From an uncultured virus (IMG/VR IMGVR_UViG_3300046170_000325) (lineage: Duplodnaviria; Heunggongvirae; Uroviricota; Caudoviricetes), in the IMG/VR virus record IMGVR_UViG_3300046170_000325: DNA of 20,000 bases. The stretch is one strand, 5' to 3'. This document shows, one piece after another, positions 1-8,992 of the stretch (the first letter of the stretch is position 1; every line of letters begins with the position of its first letter). The position numbers and the translations under genes were made by a program. The notes beneath the pieces are model-generated. The model was not told where the DNA came from, made no database searches, and saw only the letters and a program-made list of their open reading frames with translations.

Positions 1-1
1 T

Positions 2-523
2 AACTTTACTGAGAAGCCTAAGTTTATGGACTACTTAAAGTCATTACCTGGTGCATACTCTGACAAGGTACAAAGAGATCCTGACTTTGCTAAGAAAATG
101 ATGGCAGGTTTCTTAAACATGATGAAGCCAGTAGAAGGATATGTTCCTATTAACTCAGCCGTTGCATTCGGTGAGGGATACCTAGGAGAAGAGACAAGAC
201 AAGCTGATATGCTACCTGCTGACGCTAAAATGCTTAAGTTCTTACAAGCTAATCCAGATCTTTATGATAAGTATTTGGAATCTGAATCAGCTAAAGCTGG
301 TGTGTTATTGTCAGATATAAAAGCAGAACAAGGGACAACACTCTTTAATCAATTAGTAGATACAGTAGCAGGAAAACAAAATATATCATTAGATCAAGTA
401 GCCAAAGGTAACTATCAACTTACGTACCAAGGAATACCTGTTGGGCCTTCTGACATAACATCTATACTTGATCAAGGTGTAAGCATTGTTGGTAATCCTG
501 ACTTTAAACTAGAAATAAAATAA
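2..523 (+). CDS. Probable internal virion protein, 5'-truncated by the window edge
   Basis: The frame is open from position 2 (aac ttt act gag aag cct aag ttt atg), so the true start is probably upstream. The stop overlaps the next start (TAATG). Function inferred only from position before the 1291-aa protein. Confidence 0.6.
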   Translation, partial: NFTEKPKFMDYLKSLPGAYSDKVQRDPDFAKKMMAGFLNMMKPVEGYVPINSAVAFGEGYLGEETRQADMLPADAKMLKFLQANPDLYDKYLESESAKAGVLLSDIKAEQGTTLFNQLVDTVAGKQNISLDQVAKGNYQLTYQGIPVGPSDITSILDQGVSIVGNPDFKLEIK

Positions 524-3500
524 TGCCTACCATTACCTTTGCTGATGGTTCTTCTTCTTACATACCTGATAAAAAACCAGAAACTATAGCTGAAGCTAAA
601 AGACGTTACGAACTAAGCAGAAAAGGTGAAGCTAGTGTCTTGGGTGATGTTGGTCGTCAAGCTGTTAGAGGTTTACAAAAAATTGGAGAAGGTCTAGCTA
701 CTACAGTAACTTCAGGTGTTGATCTTTTTGCTGACACTGACCTAACTAAAGACGTTACAGAATACTATCAAGGCATTGATCCAGGCGAAGCTGAAACTAC
801 AGCGGGTGAAGTAACAAGATACATGGTTCAGTTTGGATTACCTGGCTTTGGCGTAGCAGGAGTTTTATCAAGATATGGCAAGATGGGTAAAATTAAATCA
901 GCAGTAGCTGGTGGACTTGTAGATGGAGCTGTAGCTACAGACGATGTAAAGACTCTTGCTGATACATTCATAACTAAAAGCGAATCAGATCAAGATAGAT
1001 TAGCTAGACTCAGCGGTGCAGATGCAGCCAAAGCTAGGCTAACAGATAGACTAGAAGTAGCAGGAGAAGGTGCAGCATTTATACTAGGGCTACCACTTGC
1101 AGGTAAACTTGCATTAACTGTAGGAGGTACAGCAATAGATGCTTTAGCTCCCGCTGCATCTTATGCAACTAAAGCTTTAACATCTAGTAAAAGCGGAGAG
1201 TTACAAAAGACAGCCTTTGATTCTAATACAGGTATGGCTAATACAATTAAAAAATATTTTACTTTTGCTGGAGAAAGACCAGACAATCTTACAGCTCAAG
1301 CAATGGCTACTAAAACATTTCAAGTTAAAGCAGCTCAAGAATCAGTTGATGCTACCTTTGATACTGTAATTAATACAACACAAAAGGCTATGGATCAAGG
1401 AACAATAAATCAAACCAATGCTTTAGCTTTATCAAGAAACATAGAAGACTTTATGTTTCCTAGAATCAGAGTTGACTTTCAATCTCCCAACATGAAAGCA
1501 GCAGACAAAATTAAAGAAGCAAGAAAGTTACAGAAACAAGCTGAACAAAACATTAAAGACTTAGAGAATAGATACATTAACTACAACTCTATGGGACTTG
1601 GAAAAGGATTAGAAATATCTACACTATTAAAAAACAATAGAGATGTGTTTGATACTTACTCTCAAAATGTTTTAAATTATAGTGACGAAGGTGCAGATGG
1701 TTTTATGCACTTATTTATACCAGATGAACTTAGAACTGCTATAGCAGAAAATGCAGGATTGTATGGAACTAGAGCTTACAAAGCTATGGTTGATAATACT
1801 TACACTATAAATCCAGAGTTTCAAAAAAAAGCTATAAAAGAAATACAAGATACATTTGGTATTAATCAAGAACAAGCATACAGAGAGTTCTCTAGCTTAT
1901 TAAATCCTGGGCCTAAGAATAAAAATGCTTTTAGTTTTGAAACAGATCAAATGATCTTGCAAGGATTAAATGCAGACAAGGGTATATTAAAAGGTAGAAC
2001 ATTAAACAACTTACCAGAAACAAGGAGAGCATTAGGTGAATCAGCTGGTTACTTGCAAGGAGATTGGAAGTCTGCTTTAAATAATACCAAGCTTACCGCT
2101 AGTGTTACATCACAAAAACTTTCTAGTTTAGTAGCTAAAACAGAAATGTTTAATAACTTAAAACAATTAGATGATGTTGCTGATAAGACAGGCGGAGTTA
2201 AATTTTTAAGACCAAAAGAATTTGGCATGTCTCAAGATGGAACATTTGCAAAAGAAATAACTCAACCCAATCCTACAAACCCAAGAGAACAAATTGTATT
2301 TAAACAGTTTGATGATGACGCTGGTGCACTTGCAGGATCTTATGCAAGAGCAGATGTTCACGATGCTTTAATGGATGCGGTGACTGATCAAAAATCTAAC
2401 TGGCCCATCCTTGGAAGAGCATACACAGGATTTTTAGGAGTTAAAGCAGCATCACAGTATGGTAAAACAGTTCTCTCTCCTGGTGCACAGGTAAGAAACT
2501 TTACTAGTATTCCTTTCTTCTCTTTACTTAATGGTAATGTTGGTACTACTGGCAGGTTTACTGATGCAGTATCAACAAGTTTCGCTGGTTTGTTTGATCC
2601 AAAGAAAAGAATATTAAAAGCTGACAAGATCAACGAGCTTATAGAAGAAGGCATAATGCAAAAGGGTGGTGCTCAACTTGGTGAGATAAGAGAGATAGCA
2701 AGACTAGCTAGTGATGAGTTTAAATTAGCAGCACAAATAGGTAAAGCTAAAGATGCTAGTAGTATAAAAGTATTTGAGAAAGCATACGGTATGACTGATG
2801 ATGCTGGTCGTGTGTTCGGATACTTAAATGAAAAAGAAAGACTTATGCAATCTTTAATTAAAGAGTCTGATTCTTTAGTGCCAGTAGAAGCTTCTAAAAA
2901 TATTATAAGATTTGCTGACGACATACAATCAGGTACAGGTGGTGCCATGATAAGGCCATCTGAACTTATTAGTAAGTATGGCGATGAAGGATTAGAAATG
3001 TTTGTAAGAGGTGAGGCAGGAGAGATAGCTGCCAACACTATACAGAACTATAAGAGAGTAGTTCCTATAGTCGGCGAAGTAATAAGAAGATCTCCTTTTG
3101 GTAACTTCGTTGCTTTCCCTGCTGAGATCATGAGAAATACAAGCAATGCTGTATCAAGAGCTATAAAAGAATTATCTAGTGATAACAAAGAGATACAAAA
3201 AATAGGCATGAGAAGATTGACTGGAGCTGTTACTACTACCAGTGCACTGCCCTCTGGCTTAGTAGCTCTTGGATCAGCACTAACAGGAGTAGATAAAGAA
3301 AAAGTAGATTCATATAAAAGATCATTTGCTGCACCTTGGGATAGAACAGCGTCATTAATACCTATAGCATCTGATAAGAATGGTAATCCTACACAGTTTA
3401 TAAACTTTAGTTACATGAACCCATACGACTATCTTAAAAGACCTATAACAAGAGTCATGCAAGAAGTTGCTAATGGAGAAAGAGACGAAGAGACGTTACA

Positions 3501-4398
3501 AAAAATATTATTTGATGGCACAGTTGGTGCTGTTGGTGAGTTGTTTCAACCATTTGTAGAGCCAGCCTTTTCTTTACAAGCAATTAATGATTCTATAAGA
3601 GGTGAAACATCTACAGGTAAAAAGATATGGGGATCTTCAGATAGCACTGGAGATAAAATAGCTAAAGGTATGTATCACTTTGCAGATACAGCCATACCAA
3701 CTCTTAGTCCTTACAGAATACAACCAAACTTAGGTGCTGACAAAGGCGTGTTTGGAGTATCTCCACCAGAGTTTGTAGATAAAAACTTTCCCCGTGCAGT
3801 TTTTGGTAGCACCAATAAAAAAGGCGAAGATAAAATCCTAGATAGAATGGGTAATGTTATAGATGTAGAAGAGACATTGGTACAAGCATTCAGTGGATTA
3901 AAAGTAGTCAAGCCACAGATTGATAGATCTTTAAGATACAGAGGCTTTGAAGCTAATGATGCTATAAGAGATGCTACTAATACTTTTAATAGATTGCTTA
4001 GAAGCAATGATCCAAAGCAAGCAGAAGAATTATTACAAGGCTACATGAATCAAAATGAAAATAGATTTAGAGCTTTAAGAGATTTGTATACATCAATAGA
4101 AGACGCTAGAACTTTAGGCTTATCTGAGCAACAGATTAAAGAACAATTAAAAGAAGCTAAGGTTGCCAACTACGAGACAGTCATGAGAGGAATATTTAAA
4201 CCTATAACAGTAGACCAAGGGTTAGTAAGAGAAGCACGTATGAAAGGTACACAAGTTAATCCATCAGCATTCCCTGTTGCTGAACAAAGACTAAGACAAG
4301 ACCTTACAGGTAGATTTATTAATCCATTAGATATAGAAAGATCAAGAGCATCTCAACTATTAAGAGAAGAAGAAGAAAAGAAAATACTAGGAATCTAA
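523..4398 (+). CDS. Large putative internal virion / DNA ejection protein (1291 aa)
   Basis: Long uninterrupted Ala/Gly-rich ORF with no Cys. Segments such as GNFVAFPAEIMR and INFSYMNPYD resemble large podovirus core proteins. It sits at the end of the structural block. The function is inference. Confidence 0.65.
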   Translation: MPTITFADGSSSYIPDKKPETIAEAKRRYELSRKGEASVLGDVGRQAVRGLQKIGEGLATTVTSGVDLFADTDLTKDVTEYYQGIDPGEAETTAGEVTRYMVQFGLPGFGVAGVLSRYGKMGKIKSAVAGGLVDGAVATDDVKTLADTFITKSESDQDRLARLSGADAAKARLTDRLEVAGEGAAFILGLPLAGKLALTVGGTAIDALAPAASYATKALTSSKSGELQKTAFDSNTGMANTIKKYFTFAGERPDNLTAQAMATKTFQVKAAQESVDATFDTVINTTQKAMDQGTINQTNALALSRNIEDFMFPRIRVDFQSPNMKAADKIKEARKLQKQAEQNIKDLENRYINYNSMGLGKGLEISTLLKNNRDVFDTYSQNVLNYSDEGADGFMHLFIPDELRTAIAENAGLYGTRAYKAMVDNTYTINPEFQKKAIKEIQDTFGINQEQAYREFSSLLNPGPKNKNAFSFETDQMILQGLNADKGILKGRTLNNLPETRRALGESAGYLQGDWKSALNNTKLTASVTSQKLSSLVAKTEMFNNLKQLDDVADKTGGVKFLRPKEFGMSQDGTFAKEITQPNPTNPREQIVFKQFDDDAGALAGSYARADVHDALMDAVTDQKSNWPILGRAYTGFLGVKAASQYGKTVLSPGAQVRNFTSIPFFSLLNGNVGTTGRFTDAVSTSFAGLFDPKKRILKADKINELIEEGIMQKGGAQLGEIREIARLASDEFKLAAQIGKAKDASSIKVFEKAYGMTDDAGRVFGYLNEKERLMQSLIKESDSLVPVEASKNIIRFADDIQSGTGGAMIRPSELISKYGDEGLEMFVRGEAGEIAANTIQNYKRVVPIVGEVIRRSPFGNFVAFPAEIMRNTSNAVSRAIKELSSDNKEIQKIGMRRLTGAVTTTSALPSGLVALGSALTGVDKEKVDSYKRSFAAPWDRTASLIPIASDKNGNPTQFINFSYMNPYDYLKRPITRVMQEVANGERDEETLQKILFDGTVGAVGELFQPFVEPAFSLQAINDSIRGETSTGKKIWGSSDSTGDKIAKGMYHFADTAIPTLSPYRIQPNLGADKGVFGVSPPEFVDKNFPRAVFGSTNKKGEDKILDRMGNVIDVEETLVQAFSGLKVVKPQIDRSLRYRGFEANDAIRDATNTFNRLLRSNDPKQAEELLQGYMNQNENRFRALRDLYTSIEDARTLGLSEQQIKEQLKEAKVANYETVMRGIFKPITVDQGLVREARMKGTQVNPSAFPVAEQRLRQDLTGRFINPLDIERSRASQLLREEEEKKILGI

Positions 4399-4399
4399 C

Positions 4400-4729
4400 T
4401 TGTATAACAAATACGGAGCAAAGAAAGTAAGACTTGATGGCTATACTTTTGATAGCAAACTTGAGGCAGCTCGATACAATCATCTTAAAGAACTAGAAGA
4501 GCAAGGTCTAATTTCTGACATAGAGATACACCCACCCTTCCCATGCTTTGTTAATGAAAAGAAAGTATGTCTTTACAAGGCTGACTTTAAATACAAGAAC
4601 ATCAATGGCGATGAGATCATAGAAGATACCAAGGGTATAGAGACACCTATGTTTAGATTAAAGAAGAAACTTGTTGAAGCCCTGTATCCTAGCGTAGAAA
4701 TTATAGTAATAAAAAAAGCCAAAGCCTAG
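4400..4729 (+). CDS. DUF1064-like PD-(D/E)XK endonuclease
   Basis: Typical motifs NKYGAKK..DG.TFDSKLEA.RY, Y.ADF.Y and IEDTKG..T..F.LKKKL. TTG start. Confidence 0.85.
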   Translation: MYNKYGAKKVRLDGYTFDSKLEAARYNHLKELEEQGLISDIEIHPPFPCFVNEKKVCLYKADFKYKNINGDEIIEDTKGIETPMFRLKKKLVEALYPSVEIIVIKKAKA

Positions 4730-5805
4730 AAAGGCACACCTGTTTCAACCCAAGGTCTTATACTAGATATTGTTCCATTCAAAAGCTTTTTAACATTCTC
4801 ACACTGAACGATCAGTTCTTTTGGAAAGTTACTGTTGACAATCTCTATCAGCTCCTCACTAGAATAAAAGTTATCTCCTGTAGATTGTTTGCCCTTAGCT
4901 ACATTGACAAACCTAAAGTCATCTTTCTCGTAGATCACAAAGGTATCATCAACCTGTAATACTTTGGCTGGTATTAGTTCAGGTATGTAGTTGTGGTTTG
5001 CACAACCTGTGGTTTGTCTTTCTTTGCTTATCACTCTATTGTCTTGAGAACAAACCCACTCGCCTGTTTCAATATCTGGATTAGAAAAACGACAAGACCT
5101 ACAGTGTAGTTTCTCAGGCAAAGACCTACCAAGATATGCGGCCTGTTGTTTCTTTGACATATAGTTGCGTATTCTGTAATCAGTTACAGGTATGTTGTTG
5201 TCTGGTGGTGTCTTAGTTTTTAATATGTTTTCAGCTTTCTCCATAAACATTTCAAACTTTAAATAATCAAAGTCGATAACCTCTGTATACAAAGCTGAAT
5301 TGTTCTTGTTATAAACAATAGCTATACAGTGATCTAGTTTAAACAACCCCATATACAAATGGATCTGTGCATCATACTCCTCTGACCAATTACAATAGCT
5401 ACCTAGTTTTTCTAGCTTGTTAAAACGATTGTCGTTAGCTGTCTTGAACTCTAGTAGGTATGGCTTGTTTGGTTTTAGTCCAGGTAAGTTCTTAGCTACA
5501 CCGTCTATGTGTCCCTTTACATGTCCACCTAATGCTTTAGTCTCAAACTGTCTGCCGTCCTTTTGCACATCATATATAGTTGCACCTGGTATCTTGCGTA
5601 GCTTTTCGATCAAGTGATCTTCTACTACATTACCTAAGTCTAGTAACCTAAGAACTCTTGGCTCCCATTCATCAGGCATGAGCCAGCGGTATCGCATCCA
5701 GAGGAGCCTTTGATTTGGATTACCGATACCACTGATACCCAAATAAAATCTTTGGTGTCTCTCAGTATTTGTTTCTACTTCATCAAGCAGATGATTGATT
5801 GTCAT
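4726..5805 (-). CDS. Cas4-like / PD-(D/E)XK phage exonuclease
   Basis: Motifs G..VE, GHIDG, LLEFKT and Q..LYM, plus a C-terminal CRSC..C..C. Start moved to ATG 5805 because GGAGA lies just upstream (5812-5816). Confidence 0.85.
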   Translation of the reverse strand: MTINHLLDEVETNTERHQRFYLGISGIGNPNQRLLWMRYRWLMPDEWEPRVLRLLDLGNVVEDHLIEKLRKIPGATIYDVQKDGRQFETKALGGHVKGHIDGVAKNLPGLKPNKPYLLEFKTANDNRFNKLEKLGSYCNWSEEYDAQIHLYMGLFKLDHCIAIVYNKNNSALYTEVIDFDYLKFEMFMEKAENILKTKTPPDNNIPVTDYRIRNYMSKKQQAAYLGRSLPEKLHCRSCRFSNPDIETGEWVCSQDNRVISKERQTTGCANHNYIPELIPAKVLQVDDTFVIYEKDDFRFVNVAKGKQSTGDNFYSSEELIEIVNSNFPKELIVQCENVKKLLNGTISSIRPWVETGVPF

Positions 5806-6025
5806 TTTGTTTCTCCAACATTTCATCAAAAGATTCTCTAATTAATACAAACAAACTATCTCTTAAATTAGTATGTAATTTGTCAGAGGAGTTAGGATTT
5901 CCAAGAGCTAACCACATTTCTCTAGCCACTTGACACACATAATACTGCTTTGTTCGTTCCATAGATTCTTTTTCTGCTTCTTCAAAAGCATCAATACATA
6001 TTTCTTTTAATTTGGCTTTGTTCAT
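5783..6025 (-). CDS. Hypothetical protein (MNKAKL paralogue B)
   Basis: 80-aa ORF with GGAGA RBS and ATGA overlap with the upstream gene. Same N-terminus as the neighbouring gene. Confidence 0.7.
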   Translation of the reverse strand: MNKAKLKEICIDAFEEAEKESMERTKQYYVCQVAREMWLALGNPNSSDKLHTNLRDSLFVLIRESFDEMLEKQNDNQSSA

Positions 6026-6276
6026 TTTGTTTCTCCAAGATATTTATCTATACAATCATCAAGTAATGGTTTTACAGAGTCATAAGCATACGCATAGTTT
6101 TTTCTTTCTATACCCTCTTTTGATGTATCTCTTGAATAATAATAAGCATGTAAAAATCTTCTACTAAGTGCATAACACATATTCGGTTCTAATTCTTGTC
6201 TTAATGAATCCTTTGATGCTTCATCAATATCAGTTAATACTTCTTCCGCTAGTTCTACTAATTTAGCTTTGTTCAT
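5802..6276. repeat. Two pairs of short direct repeats marking the ends of two small genes
   Basis: tcattttgtttctccaa is identical at 5802-5818 and 6022-6038. taatttRgctttgttcat matches at 17/18 positions at 6008-6025 and 6259-6276. Confidence 0.85.
6022..6276 (-). CDS. Hypothetical protein (MNKAKL paralogue A)
   Basis: 84-aa ORF with GAGGAG RBS and ATGA overlap with the helicase stop. Confidence 0.7.
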   Translation of the reverse strand: MNKAKLVELAEEVLTDIDEASKDSLRQELEPNMCYALSRRFLHAYYYSRDTSKEGIERKNYAYAYDSVKPLLDDCIDKYLGETK

Positions 6277-7943
6277 AATAATATCTCCTCGTTTTGTTTT
6301 GTTCTGATTCCTATAACATTCTCATACTTGCCCTGCTTTTGTAAGACAATCTCTGCTATGTTTTCAAAGGCACCACTGTTTATTAATTCAGCGGCCATCC
6401 ATGGTTGCTTGGGCGATCCCCACTTCTCTGCTATCTTCTTCCACTTACGTACTGCCATGTGGTGTGCTTTGGGATGTCCAAACATCAACGGCATTTTCTT
6501 AGGGAAAAATTCATTCTTAACTGTAAAGATTACTTGACAATACTCACTGCCATTCTGTGACTTGGTTACTGTTGCATAGATGTCAGTGACAGGTTTGTAT
6601 CTAGGCTTGGCCTTCTCTCTCTCATCAGATAACACAGCTTGTCTCTCTGCCTTAGTTCTTTTAGCAACTTCTTTTTCTTTCTTAGTCTGTAGTTCTTCAA
6701 ACTTTTTAGATCCTTCAAACTCTTGACCACACTCAATACATTTCTTGGCTGAGGGTAAATTAATTGCACTACAGTTAGAACATATCTTAGGATGGTATCT
6801 AGCTGGAGCTGACTGATCAGGTTGTATCTCATCAAGACAACCATGCCTAGCTACATTTTCTCCATAGTCAAGTAGTAGGCAGTTGTCTTTCTCCTCGTGC
6901 AGTCTCATCCCCCTTCCGCACATTTGAACAAACAAGCCAACGCTTTGTGTTGGTCTAAGTAATGCTACGCAGTCAGCTCTTGGAGCATCCCAACCTTCAG
7001 TCAGCACACCCACATTACATATAGCATGTATAGATCCAGCGTTGAATCTTTTTAATACATCTTCTCTTTTATCTTTTGGTGTCTCACCTGTAACGCATTC
7101 AGCTTCGATCCCATAGGTCTTCAAACATTGAGTCATTTTCTCTGCATGTAATACTGATACACAAAAGAATACTGTAGCTGTTCTACCTTTGGTATAAGCG
7201 TTATCAATCCAGTCATTAATAACCTGTAAGATCGTATCATCGACCATAGCTATTTTTTCTAGTTCGCTTTCCTTAAAGTCTCCATTCTTAAACTTTAATG
7301 CAACAGCTCCTGCATCAATAATGGCATCCTCATTCACAGCATAGGCTGATAACCTACACAAAAATCCATTACGGATCAGCTCAGGTATTGATACTGAATA
7401 AGCTAGTCCTTTAAAGAAATGATCTTTACGATTGCCATAGATATAACCTTGTCCCATACGATATGGTGTGGCAGTACAGCCCATAACCTTCATAGGATTC
7501 CTGTCTGATAGGGTTGTTATAATCTTTTTGTATCTAGTATGAGAGCTTGGCGGTACGTTATGTGCTTCATCTATGATCATGTAATCAAAGCTACCGACAG
7601 CATCTAATCTCTTGGGTGATGCTAGGGTATCTCTACTTGCTATAAGGATCTGTGAATCTATCTCAAAGCGTTTCATTCCTGCTGCCAATACACCCACTGG
7701 AGCATCGGGCCATACAGTTTTAAGTTTAGTCTCTGCTTGTTCTACTAATTCTTTTCTATGAGCCATAACCAAGAACCTAGCTGTAGGATCTTTGGCTAGT
7801 ATCTCTTTAATAAAATGAGAAAAGATAATGGTCTTACCAGCAGCCGTTGGCAGTACGATCAAAGCATGATCCTCTGCTGGACGATTGGCAAACCAATGGT
7901 GTAGGGAATCTATTGCATCCCTTTGGTAGTATCTAAGTTTCAA
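6273..7943 (-). CDS. Superfamily 2 DEAH helicase, RadD/YejH-like, with C-terminal Zn finger
   Basis: Q motif LRYYQ, Walker A PTAAGKT, DEAH, TATP, VLTEGWDAP, QMCGRGMR, and CSNC...CIEC. Confidence 0.92.
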   Translation of the reverse strand: MKLRYYQRDAIDSLHHWFANRPAEDHALIVLPTAAGKTIIFSHFIKEILAKDPTARFLVMAHRKELVEQAETKLKTVWPDAPVGVLAAGMKRFEIDSQILIASRDTLASPKRLDAVGSFDYMIIDEAHNVPPSSHTRYKKIITTLSDRNPMKVMGCTATPYRMGQGYIYGNRKDHFFKGLAYSVSIPELIRNGFLCRLSAYAVNEDAIIDAGAVALKFKNGDFKESELEKIAMVDDTILQVINDWIDNAYTKGRTATVFFCVSVLHAEKMTQCLKTYGIEAECVTGETPKDKREDVLKRFNAGSIHAICNVGVLTEGWDAPRADCVALLRPTQSVGLFVQMCGRGMRLHEEKDNCLLLDYGENVARHGCLDEIQPDQSAPARYHPKICSNCSAINLPSAKKCIECGQEFEGSKKFEELQTKKEKEVAKRTKAERQAVLSDEREKAKPRYKPVTDIYATVTKSQNGSEYCQVIFTVKNEFFPKKMPLMFGHPKAHHMAVRKWKKIAEKWGSPKQPWMAAELINSGAFENIAEIVLQKQGKYENVIGIRTKQNEEILL

Positions 7944-8227
7944 TGTAGTATTTTTATTTCTTCTACAGGATCTTCTGATCCTGGTTTTTCAAATCCTAGT
8001 ATGTCCATGTGGTCTTGTACCATACTTAGTATTAACTCTAAGGCTTCTTTTTGTGTGAAAGAAAACTTAAAGGTAAGATCAACAGCAAATCTTGTTAGTG
8101 TAATGATTGCTGATCGTGAGTCTAATTCTTTCATTGACCAACCATCAACACATTGCTGCACGTCATCAATAACTGTGTCGCAAGTTTTACTGTCTAAATA
8201 TTCTATAAATTTTTCTTTGTCTATCAT
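7940..8227 (-). CDS. Hypothetical protein
   Basis: 95-aa ORF coupled to the helicase start within the operon. Confidence 0.6.
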   Translation of the reverse strand: MIDKEKFIEYLDSKTCDTVIDDVQQCVDGWSMKELDSRSAIITLTRFAVDLTFKFSFTQKEALELILSMVQDHMDILGFEKPGSEDPVEEIKILH

Positions 8228-8378
8228 CTTTAGTATCCACGTTTAATAATGTTAATTTAGCTTCCTTTACTACAGTATCTAACCCAGAGGGTAGGCTGTC
8301 AAAGTTTTGATCTAAAGAATCTAATAGTGATGTCATTGATTCTACTAAAGCATTCGCTTCTCTTTTATCTATTGCCAT
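8187..8378 (-). CDS. Hypothetical protein
   Basis: 63-aa ORF with GGAGA RBS upstream, in operon orientation. Confidence 0.6.
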   Translation of the reverse strand: MAIDKREANALVESMTSLLDSLDQNFDSLPSGLDTVVKEAKLTLLNVDTKDDRQRKIYRIFRQ

Positions 8379-8400
8379 TTATATTTCTCCAAAAATACAT

Positions 8401-8491
8401 TAGGGTATACAATAACCCTAGGTGCGAGGAGTAGTCTTGGTATTAAGACTACTCACTCGAGTTATTTATTTACTCTCTCTGGTAAATAAAT
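8401..8491 (-). other. Three tandem stem-loops in the spacer downstream of the SSB gene
   Basis: Stems: tagggt/acccta (8401-8420); gagtagtctt/aagactactc (8429-8454, extended by cgag/ctcg across a 1-nt bulge); atttatttac/gtaaataaat (8464-8491). Confidence 0.75.
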
Positions 8492-8991
8492 TATTTGTCC
8501 CAATCGAAATCATCGTCATCTGACTTTGATTCTTCTTTAGGACTTTGCGAAGGAACTGACTTACTGCTTGTCTCAACTGCAAGAAACTTAGCAATCTTGT
8601 TCTTGTCGTCCCACTTCGTTCCGTCTCCCTTATCTCTACCAACTTCAACACTGACCTTGGCTTTGAAAGGAATGTTCAACATGCTCTCTAACTGTTCAAG
8701 ACCAAAGGCATCAACATCAGCTTCCATGCCCATGGATCTTCTCCAGTCTCTTATTCTGCTGATAGATACGTTTAACCCAGCTCCTTCGAGCATGAATGTT
8801 TCCCATATCTTACGACCTGAATGAGTAGGGCCTGTCACATCAAAGGTAATTGATAAGTATCTATCACCCTTAGCACTAGTTTTATTCTCCCATCCAGTAG
8901 CTACAAATTCGTAGTCACCGACTGGCATAAGATCAAACGATCCACCTGTATCCTCGACATCAGTCAAGTTTAAATTAAAATCATCAGACAT
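8491..8991 (-). CDS. DUF669-like phage single-stranded DNA-binding protein
   Basis: FDLMPVGDYE, G..YL.I.F.V..P.H.GRKIW, acidic tail DDDDFDWDK. Directly downstream of a Sak4-like ATPase, which is the known pairing. Confidence 0.82.
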   Translation of the reverse strand: MSDDFNLNLTDVEDTGGSFDLMPVGDYEFVATGWENKTSAKGDRYLSITFDVTGPTHSGRKIWETFMLEGAGLNVSISRIRDWRRSMGMEADVDAFGLEQLESMLNIPFKAKVSVEVGRDKGDGTKWDDKNKIAKFLAVETSSKSVPSQSPKEESKSDDDDFDWDK

Positions 8992-8992
8992 A

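Noticed and set aside
2388..4007. Antisense ORFs inside the 1291-aa gene, and similar shadow ORFs at 5417, 6328, 6566, 7923, 8466, 8495, 11904, 16381, 16800, 17706, 18389 and 18594
   Set aside because: They lie almost wholly within better-supported genes and show no motifs or RBSs.
4726..5805. CRISPR-Cas system suggested by the Cas4-like gene
   Set aside because: No repeat-spacer array and no cas1/cas2. The context is a standard phage recombination module.
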